Position numbers and translations under genes: made by a program
DNA from: Cyanobacteriota bacterium SRBZ.bins.94.201705
Lineage (GTDB): Bacteria > Cyanobacteriota > Cyanobacteriia > Cyanobacteriales > Cyanobacteriaceae
Direction of reading: 5' to 3'
Length of the DNA stretch: 32,000 nucleotides
Assembly (NCBI GenBank): GCA_030549855.1
Contig: JAUQQP010000031.1
Location: forward strand, 115,523 to 147,522
In this document: one piece after another, positions 10,507 to 20,101 of the stretch
Layout of the letters: every line of letters starts with the position of its first letter
Position numbering within the stretch: the stretch's first letter is position 1
Notes under the pieces: generated by a model
Databases searched by the model: none
Told to the model about the DNA's origin: nothing
What the model saw: only the letters and a program-made list of their open reading frames with translations

Positions 10507-10735
10507 TACTAGCTAGGATGGTAGCCTTTTTACAAGGAAAAAATGATGGTGGTGACTACAAGGCAGGCAGCTGGCAGACATGATAATTACTAGCTAGGAT
10601 GGTAGCCTTTTTACAAGGAAAAAATGATGGTGGTGACTACAAGGCAGGCAGCTGGTAGACATGATAATTACTAGCTAGGATGGTAGCCATGTTTTCACGG
10701 AGGAAGGGTGATAGTGGTGACTAAAATGGCTATAG
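10507..10735. repeat. 81-bp tandem repeat, 2 near-identical copies plus 1 diverged copy
   Basis: Units start at 10507, 10588 and 10669, each beginning TACTAGCTAGGATGGTAGCC. Copies 1 and 2 differ at a single base (10575 C versus 10656 T). Confidence 0.92.
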
Positions 10736-10903
10736 TTTTGGTGATAGGGGAAGACAAATAACAACACATCTCACCCCCGGTTTATGGAGGGAAAAATCAG
10801 GCTAAAAGAGGCAAAAGGCTGGTAGGGGGATGGGGGTGGTAGGGATAAGACTTGTCTTTAGCCGGTGTAGGCTTGTTTTTATATCGGTGGATGACAACAC
10901 GTC

Positions 10904-11956
10904 TTACCCCTGGCTTGTGGGAGAAGACACTAGACGAAGAGAAGAGGAATTCTGTAGACTAGAAATGTCTTTGTTGCCAGTACAGAATAATACCGTCTTG
11001 ATTTCTGCTAGCAATAATTCCACTAAACCTTCCAAGGCTTCCATAGAAGTCATTGCCGCCTTGAGGAAGGGATAGGCAAAACCCACTAAATCCGCGCCCA
11101 AAGCCAGTAGTTTTGCGGCTTCCAAGCCATTACGAATGCCCCCAGAGGCAATGAGAGGGATATCCGGATACTTGCTGGCGATGGCCGCCACACAGTCAGC
11201 AGTAGGAATACCCCAGTTGGCAAAGGTTTCCCCCAAGGCTTTTTGTAGGGGATTAGTAGCCCTTTTACTTTCTACCATAGCCCAAGACGTGCCACCGGCG
11301 CCAGCCACATCTATTGCCGCCACCCCCACACCTAATAATTTTTCCGCCATCTCCACACTAATCCCATTCCCCACCTCCTTGACAATTACCGGTATCGGCA
11401 ACTTCTCACACACCCTTCCAATTTTCGGCAACAGGTGTTTAAAATTAGTATCCCCTTCCTGCTGAATACACTCCTGTAAGGGATTTAAATGGAGAATTAA
11501 AGCATCCGCCTCCAGGATTTCCACCAGGGATAAACACTCCCGCCAAGAATAACCATAATTCAGCTGCACTGCCCCTAGATTGGCAAATAATAGTATATCA
11601 GGGGCTAAAGGACGCACTTTGAAGGTGTGGGCTATTTCCGGTTTTTCGATTATAACACGTCCAGAACCAATCCCCATAGCCAGGCCATATTTCTGGGCAG
11701 TTATAGCCAGTCTCTTATTGATCAATTCTCCATTTTCCGTGCCACCCGTCATAGAAGAAATTAACAGTGGCGTCTTCAATTTGTGCCCCAAAAAGGTGGT
11801 AGAAATATCAATCTCTTTGTAGTCCAACTCTGGCAAACAGCAGTGGACAAACTCGTACTTTTCTAAGCCGTTTTTAATTTGAGAAGCCTGGACTTTTTCA
11901 TGTAAACAGATGCGTATATGTTCATCTTTTCTCCTCTGGATTTCCACAGTCATCAC
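10904..11956 (-). CDS. fni: Type 2 (FMN-dependent) isopentenyl-diphosphate delta-isomerase
   Basis: 350-aa ORF. It starts [11 protein letters not shown] and has a TIM-barrel FMN-binding pattern ([36 protein letters not shown]). Confidence 0.9.
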   Translation of the reverse strand: MMTVEIQRRKDEHIRICLHEKVQASQIKNGLEKYEFVHCCLPELDYKEIDISTTFLGHKLKTPLLISSMTGGTENGELINKRLAITAQKYGLAMGIGSGRVIIEKPEIAHTFKVRPLAPDILLFANLGAVQLNYGYSWRECLSLVEILEADALILHLNPLQECIQQEGDTNFKHLLPKIGRVCEKLPIPVIVKEVGNGISVEMAEKLLGVGVAAIDVAGAGGTSWAMVESKRATNPLQKALGETFANWGIPTADCVAAIASKYPDIPLIASGGIRNGLEAAKLLALGADLVGFAYPFLKAAMTSMEALEGLVELLLAEIKTVLFCTGNKDISSLQNSSSLRLVSSPTSQG

Positions 11957-11971
11957 ACCTCTATATAGGAT

Positions 11972-12715
11972 TTATTGGGGATATTCATCAGGATGGGGAT
12001 GGTTACTAATACTAATCAAACTTACAGCAATTTTACCAGAAAAACACACATCTACATCAGTTTCTTCAGTCCTTTTTCTTTGCAAATACTCCCCCTTATA
12101 CCAATAACTGTTTCCCTCCTTTTTAAACTGAATGGGGAGAGGGTCAATACTAGGTTTACAAAAAACAATTTCTGGGTTACAATCTTCTTCCAGATGGGGT
12201 AAATTCACATTCCAAAAACATCCCTTTGGTAGTTTTTTTGGCAATAACTCTGCTAACACCCTTGCTGCCAGTTTTTTTGCTAGCTGCCAATCAATTTCTT
12301 TTGGCCGTTTCCGCAGATGGGAAAAGGCAATTCCCTTCAACCCTAAAATCGCCGCTTCCCTTACTGCTGCCACTGTGCCCGAAACATAAATGTCTACTCC
12401 TAGATTACCCCCAGCATTAATACCAGATAATACCCAGGTAGAGGCGGGAGCAATACAAGATACTGCCAAGCGCACACAGTCTACAGGGGTGCCATTTACC
12501 GCATATTCCCCCGGTTTTACCTCCTCCAGGGTTAGGGGGTAACGGGTAGTAATTTGGTGGCTACAACCAGAAATATGCATCGCCGGGGCAACTATTACCT
12601 TCTCCCCCTCCACAATCTCCTTTAAAACCCTAATCCCCTCTGCTTCAATCCCGTCATCATTGGTTAGAATAAACACCTCTTTCCTCCTCTCAGAGGTCAT
12701 GTTACACAATACCAT
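11972..12715 (-). CDS. surE: 5'/3'-nucleotidase SurE
   Basis: ILTNDDGIEAEGI near the N-terminus and SGINAGGNLG. The start is ATG at 12715 or 12700. Only 15 nt separate it from fni, so the two are probably co-transcribed. Confidence 0.88.
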   Translation of the reverse strand: MVLCNMTSERRKEVFILTNDDGIEAEGIRVLKEIVEGEKVIVAPAMHISGCSHQITTRYPLTLEEVKPGEYAVNGTPVDCVRLAVSCIAPASTWVLSGINAGGNLGVDIYVSGTVAAVREAAILGLKGIAFSHLRKRPKEIDWQLAKKLAARVLAELLPKKLPKGCFWNVNLPHLEEDCNPEIVFCKPSIDPLPIQFKKEGNSYWYKGEYLQRKRTEETDVDVCFSGKIAVSLISISNHPHPDEYPQ

Positions 12716-13495
12716 AAGAACTACTCCTATACAACCCCCTTATTCCCTGTGACGGTAGTGGCAAATTCATCTTTGCCTCAATCCCATACTAGTGATTTGT
12801 ATCCATTTTGCCAACTCCCATCAGATACCTCCCTACAAGACACCATGACTGGTATTTCCCCGGATTAAGGTAAATGGATTTGCCTAACCCTCAATGTCTC
12901 TCCCAGTATCACCACTGGCATTCCTGCAGCCAATACAACAGGAGGATTTATACTAGTATACGTCTGGTCAACTCCCATCAGACACCCCTCTACAAGACAC
13001 CCCTCGTAGGTGTTTAGCCAGATTAAAGAGTTTTTGGGAGAAATTGCTGGTATCGCCATCCCCTTGGCTGACAGCAGACTAGTCACCTCGACAGTAGACT
13101 TGGCTACTCCCCTTTTTATATCTGGATTTTACCTCTGGATAACTCCCAACAGTTGCTAATATCATCCCCCTTTTTACACTGGTTGCCTCTTTTGGAAATA
13201 TAGACTGTCTTCTTACACGAGGATGATAACTGTTATTATTCATGTCTGGTTAATTATCCTCTAGCCACTGTCGAAATCCACACTGCCTGCCAGAAGCATA
13301 CAGCATGTCACCCTTCTGCTGTCATTCCCTCCTCGCCTTGTAACGGGGGAGGGTTATCCTTTTCCCTTTCCCCTGGTATAACTTTCCAAACCCCCGATTT
13401 AGATATCTGTATTTAGTAACCTTCCGCCGGCAAACCCATAGACTATTATACCTGCCATGACAACAGACTAATTGTCTTTTCTCATTGGTGTACTT

Positions 13496-13825
13496 TTTGT
13501 TATCCTAGAAAAATGCTGACAGCCACAGGGGGATTGTCATTGCCATCTTATTAGTATACTTCCTGTTATCCCTAGAGGAATATTGACAGTAACAGGGGTG
13601 TCATTGCCATCTTATTTGGTATACCTCCTGTTATCCCTAGAGGAATATTGACAGTAACAGGGGGATTGTCATTACCATCTTATTGGTATACCTCCTGTTA
13701 TCCCTAGAGGAATATTGACAGTAACAGGGGTGTCATTGCCATCTTATTAGTATACTTCCTGTTATCCCTAGAGGAATATTGACAGTAACAGGGGTGTCAT
13801 TGTTATCCGACTAACTGGTATACCC
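13496..13825. repeat. 64-67-bp tandem repeat, 5 units, each containing a hairpin
   Basis: Units start at 13496 (degenerate), 13562, 13627, 13694 and 13758. The unit is CCTGTTATCCCTAGAGGAATATTGACAGTAACAGGGGTGTCATTGCCATCTTATTRGTATACYT. CTCCTGTTA can pair with TAACAGGGG (one G-U pair) around a 21-nt loop. Confidence 0.92.
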
Positions 13826-14209
13826 CCTGCACTACTCCCTACCCATTATAACTGGCATACCTACCAGTTTGTCTCGACGAATATAGGATGATTATCACTG
13901 GCAGGGGGGAAGTTGCCAGTCGTGTCTTTACTTGCCACTGTTTTTCCCCCCTTAATCCACTGACAGTTATTTTTCTGCCGTTAAATCTCCCCCCAAATGC
14001 CATCAGTTTAACCAACAGAGGGATGATTGTCATTTTTATGCATTATCCCCTCCCCTGTCAGATGCCTCCCCAAAGGATAGTGATTATCATTAGCCTGTAT
14101 TTGTTTTACCATCTCTCCGGTGTATCCCCACCAGCCACCTCACTACCTACAGACACCCATACTGGCAGCCATCCCCCCTCAGAAGTACAAGCCTTCTGGC
14201 TACATCCCC

Positions 14210-15178
14210 CTATCCCCTTTTGAAATCCCACATAACGGGATTGTCATCCAAATACCTGGTTACCCCCTCCCCAATCTCACTAATGGCCTTTAAATCCTCT
14301 GGGGTTAGTCTTATTTCCGCCGCATGGACATTCTCCTCCACTTGTTGGGCATTCCTCGCACCAACTATCGCACTGGTTTGGGGTTGGTGGATTACCCAGG
14401 CAAGGGCTAACTGTCCTAAAGTACAATTATACCTCTCAGCGTAAGGCTTCAGTTGTGATAAAGCTTTCTTTACTCTCTCCCAGTGGGGGGGTTGAAAAAG
14501 ACGATTATCTTTGCGATGATCTCCCTCAGCAAAGGTGGGATTATCCCCGAATTTCCCCGTTAAAATCCCCTGTGCCAACGGCGAATATGCTAGAATGGAA
14601 ATCCCCTTCTCCACACACCATGGTTGAATCTCCTTCTCCACAAACCGCCAAAATAACGAATAAGGCGGCTGGATACTGTCTATCTGTCCATACCGACTCG
14701 CCTCTTGTAACTGCGACAGGGAAAAGTTAGATACCCCAATTGCCCTTATCTTCCCCTCTTGCTTCAACCTATTCATCGCCTCCATGGTTTCTTCTATCGG
14801 TACTACTTCTGTACCCCAACTCCCAGAAGGCCAATGAATCTGATACAAGTCAATATAATCCGTCTGTAGGTTTTTTAAGGAGTTGTTACAAGCCTCTATC
14901 ACCTGATGATACTTCAAATGATTGGCAAATACCTTGGTAGCTATCACTACCCTATCCCTTACACCCTTTATGGCTTCCCCTACAATCCTCTCTGAATGCC
15001 CGTCTCCATAAACCTCCGCTGTGTCAATGGTGTTAATGCCCAACTCCACCGCCTTCCTGATGGCTTTGATACTCTCTGAATCCTCTATACCCACCCACAT
15101 CTTCTTGCCGGCTTGCCAGGTGCCCATTATTATAGGGGTTATCTCAATTCCCGATTTGCCTAATTGTCTCTTTTCCAT
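14210..15178 (-). CDS. Aldo/keto reductase family oxidoreductase
   Basis: 322-aa ORF starting MEKRQLGKSGIEITPIIMGTW, with DTAEVYGDGHSE, LDLYQIHWP and GVSNF, all typical of the AKR family. Confidence 0.9.
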   Translation of the reverse strand: MEKRQLGKSGIEITPIIMGTWQAGKKMWVGIEDSESIKAIRKAVELGINTIDTAEVYGDGHSERIVGEAIKGVRDRVVIATKVFANHLKYHQVIEACNNSLKNLQTDYIDLYQIHWPSGSWGTEVVPIEETMEAMNRLKQEGKIRAIGVSNFSLSQLQEASRYGQIDSIQPPYSLFWRFVEKEIQPWCVEKGISILAYSPLAQGILTGKFGDNPTFAEGDHRKDNRLFQPPHWERVKKALSQLKPYAERYNCTLGQLALAWVIHQPQTSAIVGARNAQQVEENVHAAEIRLTPEDLKAISEIGEGVTRYLDDNPVMWDFKRG

Positions 15179-15256
15179 GACTTTCTCTCTTCCTGTTTTC
15201 CTCCATCCCCCATTTTAATAGTATCTTGTAGATTTATTCTCCTCCCTTCTTGGACT

Positions 15257-18200
15257 ATGGCTACCAACGGCAAATGGCAATTTTGGATTGATAGAGGTGG
15301 CACTTTTACTGACATCGTCGCCTTAACCCCCCAAGGAGATATTATCACCCACAAACTCCTCTCAGAAAACCCCATCGGCCAAGACAAAAATCATCTCCCC
15401 TATGATGCCGCCATCGAAGGCATCCGCCAAATTATGGGTATCCCCAAACACAAACCCCTCCCCCTTGATGAAATTGAAGTAATTAAAATGGGTACAACTG
15501 TAGCTACTAACGCCCTCCTGGAAAGAAAAGGGGAACCTGTAGTACTGGTAATCAACAAAGGCTTCAAGGATGCCCTCAGAATAGGCTATCAGCAACGCCC
15601 CAATATTTTCGCCAGACGTATCACCCTCCCAGAGATGTTATACCAAAAAGTCATTGAAGTGGAAGGGCGTTTGGATGCCAATGGCAATGAAATTCAACCC
15701 CTTAACCTCCCTCTCCTTGAAACCCAACTGCGACAGGCATATGCTGAAGGCTTCCGTAGTTGTGCTATTGTCCTTCTTCATAGTTATAAATGTAATCAAC
15801 ATGAACTGCAGGTAGAAGCCCTCGCCAAAAAAATCGGTTTCCCACAGGTGTCTGTATCCCACCGTGTCAGTAATCTTATCAAGCTGGTGAGTCGCGGTGA
15901 TACCACTGTCGTTGATGCCTATCTATCCCCCGTATTGCTTCGTTATGTCCAACAGGTGGAGTCACAGGTTTACACTACTACTAAATCCTCCCATCCCCCC
16001 CTCATGTTTATGCAGTCTAACGGCGGTTTAGCCCATAGTAAATACTTTCAGGGTAAGGATAGTATTTTATCAGGTCCTGCCGGTGGTATTGTAGGTGCCG
16101 TCAAAACCTCCCTAAAAGCCGGCTTCCACAAAATTATTACCTTTGACATGGGTGGCACTTCTACTGATGTTGCCCATTATGCCGGCGAATATGAGCGCCA
16201 TCAAGAGACAGAGATAGCTGGAGTAAGATTATCTGTCCCACAGCTGGCAATTCACACCGTAGCCGCCGGAGGAGGCTCAATTTGCTATTTTGACGGCGAA
16301 AGATACAGAGTCGGCCCAGAATCCGCCGGCGCCAACCCCGGCCCCGTGTGTTATGATAGGGGGGGCAATAGACTTACTATCACCGACTGTAATCTGCTTT
16401 TGGGCAAAATTCAACCCCGCTTCTTCCCTTCTCTCTTCGGTAAGGATGCTAATCAGCCTTTAAATTTACAGCTGGTAAAGACAGAATTTCAACGTCTACA
16501 ACAACTTATTAAACAACAACTGAAACAGGATATACCCCCAGAGGAAATAGCCCAAGGTTTCATCTCCATCGCTGTGGAAACAATGGCTAATGCTATCAAA
16601 AAAATATCCCTCCAAAAAGGGTATGATTTGACTGAATATGCCCTTTGTTGTTTTGGCGGCGCCGGCGGACAACATGCCTGTCTTATTGCTGAAAATTTGG
16701 GTATTAAAACTATTCTTATTCACCCCCTCGCCGGGGTTTTATCTGCCTATGGTATCGGTTTGGCTGAAATCAGAATTATCAAGGAAAAAACTCTTAATTA
16801 TCCCCTCACTCCTGATATTATATCTCAAGTTGAACAGGAATATTCCCAACTGGAAACTCTTGCTATACAAGACTTAAAAAAACAACACCCTAGTCAGCAC
16901 CATGATGTTATTATCCTAAAAACTGTTTATCTTAAATACCAGGGCAGTGATTTTAGTCTCCCTGTTAAATTTTCCCCCAACCCCCTCTTACTCCAACAAG
17001 AATTTCTCCAGCTTCATCGACAGCGATATGGCTTCATCCTGGAAGAGAAAAATCTCGTAATTGAACAGATTTCCCTGGAGTTAATTTCCCCCACCTTTGA
17101 CGAAAATAAAATCCCCCCTCTCTCCAAACAAAACTCTCTAAATTCCTCCCCCGCCAAGCCTATAACTACTGTCAAAATGTACACCAAAAATCAATGGCAT
17201 GATACCCCTGTATACCAAAGAGACAGTCTCAAATTACATCAAACAATCATGGGCCCTGCTATAATAGTAGAATCTACTGGCACCAACGTAGTTGAGCCTG
17301 GTTGGCAAGCTAAAATTATCGAATCTGGCCATCTACTTTTGACACAAACAAACACAGAAAAACCCCCATATTCTCAACAATACAGTCTCGATAACCCTAA
17401 CCCCGTATTACTGGAAATCTTTAACAACCTTTTTCGATTTATCGCCGAAGAAATGGGTATAACCCTCCAAAAAACTAGCCATTCTGTTAACATTAAGGAA
17501 AGACTCGATTTCTCCTGTGCTATCTTCGACTCCCAGGGAGAATTAGTGGCAAATGCACCCCATATACCCGTCCATTTGGGCTCAATGAGTGAGAGTGTTA
17601 AGGCCCTAATTAATGATAGCAAAATAACCCTAAAACCAGGAGATGTATACATCACTAATAACCCCTACAATGGTGGGACTCATCTCCCGGATATTACCGC
17701 TATCACCCCTGTTTTTATAGAATCTTCCTCACAACCGGATTTCTTCGTTGCTTCCCGTGGACATCATGCCGATATTGGTGGTATCACTCCAGCCTCAATC
17801 CCTCCCCACAGCAAAAATATCCACGAAGAGGGGGTTTTAATCGATAATTTTTGTCTGGTCAAAGAGGGAATTTTGCAAGAAAAACAACTGGCGGAATTGC
17901 TGCTTAACCATCCCTACCCCGTCAGACATTATAAACAAAATCTCGCTGATTTACAAGCACAAATTGCTGCCAACGAAAAGGGAGTCAACGAATTACGTAA
18001 AATTGTCGCCAAATACGGTATCAATACTGTCAAAAAATACATGAAATTCATTCAGGAAAACGCCGAAAAATGTGTGAGGAAAGCAATAAAATCCCTCAGA
18101 AATGGCAGTTACACTGTCCAACTAGATAATGGTGCTATTATCCAGGTAAAAATTACCATAAATCCCCAAGACTGTATTGCCACCATCGACTTTACAGGTA

Positions 18201-18925
18201 CCTCTAGTCTACCAGAAAGCAATTACAATGCACCCCTAGCCGTAACTAAGGCGGTAGTATTGTATGTTTTTCGCACTCTCATAGAAGACGACATCCCCCT
18301 CAATGCCGGCATCTATAAACCCCTCCGTCTCATCATCCCCCCCGGCTGTCTCCTTAACCCCTCCTACCCCTCCCCCGTCGTCGCCGGCAATGTGGAAACC
18401 TCCCAAATCCTCGCCGACTGTCTCTATGGCGCCCTCGGTATTATGGCTAACTCCCAAGGTACTATGAACAACTTTACCTTTGGTAACAATCAGTATCAAT
18501 ACTATGAGACAATTTGTGGTGGCTCTGGGGCCGGATATGACCATGATGGTACATCAGCAATACAGGTACATATGACTAACTCCCGTCTGACAGATGTGGA
18601 AGTGTTAGAAAGCCGTTATCCGGTGAGGGTGGAGGAGTTTAAGATAAGGGAAAACAGTGGTGGCGGTGGCAAGTATAGGGGGGGTGATGGTGTTGTCAGG
18701 AAAATCCGTTTCCTCCAACCTATGACAGTCTCTATCCTTTCCTCTAGAAGAATTATCCCCCCCAAGGGTTTACAAGGGGGTGGTGACGGCAAACCCGGTG
18801 TCAATTACATCCTCTTTTTCAATGGCGAAAAACAGATACTCCCTCCCACTGCCACTGTTAATCTTAATCCCGGCGACGTTTTTGTCATTGAAACCCCCGG
18901 CGGTGGTGGCTTTGGTTGTCCTTAG
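15257..18925 (+). CDS. 5-oxoprolinase (ATP-hydrolysing), fused hydantoinase A/B (HyuA-HyuB) type
   Basis: The track ORF starts at 15164. The ATG at 15257 gives MATNGKWQFWIDRGGTFTDIVA, the canonical N-terminus. The product is ~1222 aa, with a hydantoinase A domain followed by hydantoinase B (NNPYNGGTHLPD, ETPGGGGFG). Confidence 0.9.
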   Translation: MATNGKWQFWIDRGGTFTDIVALTPQGDIITHKLLSENPIGQDKNHLPYDAAIEGIRQIMGIPKHKPLPLDEIEVIKMGTTVATNALLERKGEPVVLVINKGFKDALRIGYQQRPNIFARRITLPEMLYQKVIEVEGRLDANGNEIQPLNLPLLETQLRQAYAEGFRSCAIVLLHSYKCNQHELQVEALAKKIGFPQVSVSHRVSNLIKLVSRGDTTVVDAYLSPVLLRYVQQVESQVYTTTKSSHPPLMFMQSNGGLAHSKYFQGKDSILSGPAGGIVGAVKTSLKAGFHKIITFDMGGTSTDVAHYAGEYERHQETEIAGVRLSVPQLAIHTVAAGGGSICYFDGERYRVGPESAGANPGPVCYDRGGNRLTITDCNLLLGKIQPRFFPSLFGKDANQPLNLQLVKTEFQRLQQLIKQQLKQDIPPEEIAQGFISIAVETMANAIKKISLQKGYDLTEYALCCFGGAGGQHACLIAENLGIKTILIHPLAGVLSAYGIGLAEIRIIKEKTLNYPLTPDIISQVEQEYSQLETLAIQDLKKQHPSQHHDVIILKTVYLKYQGSDFSLPVKFSPNPLLLQQEFLQLHRQRYGFILEEKNLVIEQISLELISPTFDENKIPPLSKQNSLNSSPAKPITTVKMYTKNQWHDTPVYQRDSLKLHQTIMGPAIIVESTGTNVVEPGWQAKIIESGHLLLTQTNTEKPPYSQQYSLDNPNPVLLEIFNNLFRFIAEEMGITLQKTSHSVNIKERLDFSCAIFDSQGELVANAPHIPVHLGSMSESVKALINDSKITLKPGDVYITNNPYNGGTHLPDITAITPVFIESSSQPDFFVASRGHHADIGGITPASIPPHSKNIHEEGVLIDNFCLVKEGILQEKQLAELLLNHPYPVRHYKQNLADLQAQIAANEKGVNELRKIVAKYGINTVKKYMKFIQENAEKCVRKAIKSLRNGSYTVQLDNGAIIQVKITINPQDCIATIDFTGTSSLPESNYNAPLAVTKAVVLYVFRTLIEDDIPLNAGIYKPLRLIIPPGCLLNPSYPSPVVAGNVETSQILADCLYGALGIMANSQGTMNNFTFGNNQYQYYETICGGSGAGYDHDGTSAIQVHMTNSRLTDVEVLESRYPVRVEEFKIRENSGGGGKYRGGDGVVRKIRFLQPMTVSILSSRRIIPPKGLQGGGDGKPGVNYILFFNGEKQILPPTATVNLNPGDVFVIETPGGGGFGCP

Positions 18926-18931
18926 CCCCAC

Positions 18932-20101
18932 TTATATTTGCACAGGCATGATAAGATAAATCATAGACCTACCATCCAGGGGAGTCACCACCACTGGTTG
19001 CACTGGTCCATTAAAATGGAATTTAACTTCATGGGAGGAGAAAGCCTTTAAACCCTCCAGTAGGTATTTGATATTAAACCCTATTTCAAACTCCTCTCCA
19101 CTTATTTCTGCCGTCATTGATTCCTTTCCACCCCCTATTTCTCCCGCCTCCATTATTACCGTCAACTCTCTTTTTGGGGGGTTTAGTTTAAATCTCACTA
19201 AACTGTTTTTCTGATCACTAAAAACCTCCAGACGTTCTAAACTATCTATTATCCTCCTTCTTTCCACCACCATTGTTTTCTCAAAACTGTGGGGTATTAA
19301 GCGGTTATACTCTGGATATAACCCCTCCAACTTCCTACCAGTCAGCAACACCTCTTTTAGCCGGAAAACCACCTCTGTTTCAGCCACATATAATTCCACC
19401 CTTTCTTCCTCTTTTATCCCAGATAATATTCTTTCCAATTCTCGTAACAGACGCGCCGGTATGGTGATGTCAAACTCTAGAGATTTCTCTCCCCCATAAA
19501 TCCCCTCTTCCTCTCCCTCTCCCTCTTCTTCTACCAGTTTTTCCCTCACTACCGCCAAACGGTGTCCATCTGTTGCCGCAAATTCTATTGTATCTCCTTC
19601 CCCCTTCATATGCACCCCTGTCAGGATTTGTTTAGTTTCATCACTGCTTGCCGCAAACAGACACCCTTTTAATCCCTCCTTCAACACCTCCCCTGGCAGA
19701 GAAAACCCATTTCCCTCCACCACAGGCAAATCTGGATACTCATCCCCTTTCATCCCTCGCAACTGGAATCTTCCCGAAAGACAGTGAATTCCCACCACTG
19801 GGTTTTCCTCTTCCTCTTTTTCCTCATAAGTGATGACAATTTCTTCTTCTGGCAGACGGCTTACCACCTCATTTAACAACTTTGCTGGCAGTGTTATTAC
19901 ACCCCCCTCCTCAACCCCGGCTGGGAAACTACTACGAATCCCCACCGTCAAGTCAAACCCCGTCACTGTCACCTCATTTTTTCTCTTATCCGCCACTATC
20001 AACACATTTCCCAGGATTGGGTGGGTTGGCCTAGAGGGCACCACTCTACTTACTAATGATAGACTATTCTTCAACTGTCCCTGAGAACAAATTATTTTCA
20101 C
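18932..20101 (-). CDS. dnaN: DNA polymerase III beta sliding clamp
   Basis: 389-aa ORF with a GTG start: MKIICSQGQLKNSLSLVSRVVPSRPTHPILGNVLI...YLIMPVQI. An AGGAGA Shine-Dalgarno lies upstream. It converges on the oxoprolinase stop with a 6-nt gap. Confidence 0.95.
   Translation of the reverse strand: MKIICSQGQLKNSLSLVSRVVPSRPTHPILGNVLIVADKRKNEVTVTGFDLTVGIRSSFPAGVEEGGVITLPAKLLNEVVSRLPEEEIVITYEEKEEEENPVVGIHCLSGRFQLRGMKGDEYPDLPVVEGNGFSLPGEVLKEGLKGCLFAASSDETKQILTGVHMKGEGDTIEFAATDGHRLAVVREKLVEEEGEGEEEGIYGGEKSLEFDITIPARLLRELERILSGIKEEERVELYVAETEVVFRLKEVLLTGRKLEGLYPEYNRLIPHSFEKTMVVERRRIIDSLERLEVFSDQKNSLVRFKLNPPKRELTVIMEAGEIGGGKESMTAEISGEEFEIGFNIKYLLEGLKAFSSHEVKFHFNGPVQPVVVTPLDGRSMIYLIMPVQI

Noticed and set aside
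10507-10735. Type III toxin-antitoxin RNA array (ToxI-like tandem repeats) or a CRISPR
   Set aside because: No toxin-sized ORF lies downstream on either strand. The whole unit is repeated, with no unique spacers.
13496-13825. Possible CRISPR array: regular ~65-bp period with a palindromic 35-nt segment
   Set aside because: The would-be spacers (GTGTCATTGCCATCTTATTRGTATACYT) are conserved between units and not unique. No cas genes or leader are nearby. It is a plain tandem repeat.
13888-14223. 111-aa ORF (with the opposite 64-aa ORF at 13839-14033) next to the 65-bp array, considered as a possible partner gene
   Set aside because: It is a Pro/Leu/Ile-rich low-complexity translation with no Shine-Dalgarno. 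It runs into the 3' end of the aldo/keto reductase gene.
19480-19830. Acidic runs in DnaN (EEKEEEENP, EEEGEGEEEG), considered as possible insertions
   Set aside because: Total length (389 aa) is normal for cyanobacterial clamps. The runs sit where relatives, as far as I recall, have variable surface loops. I see no evidence of an inserted element.
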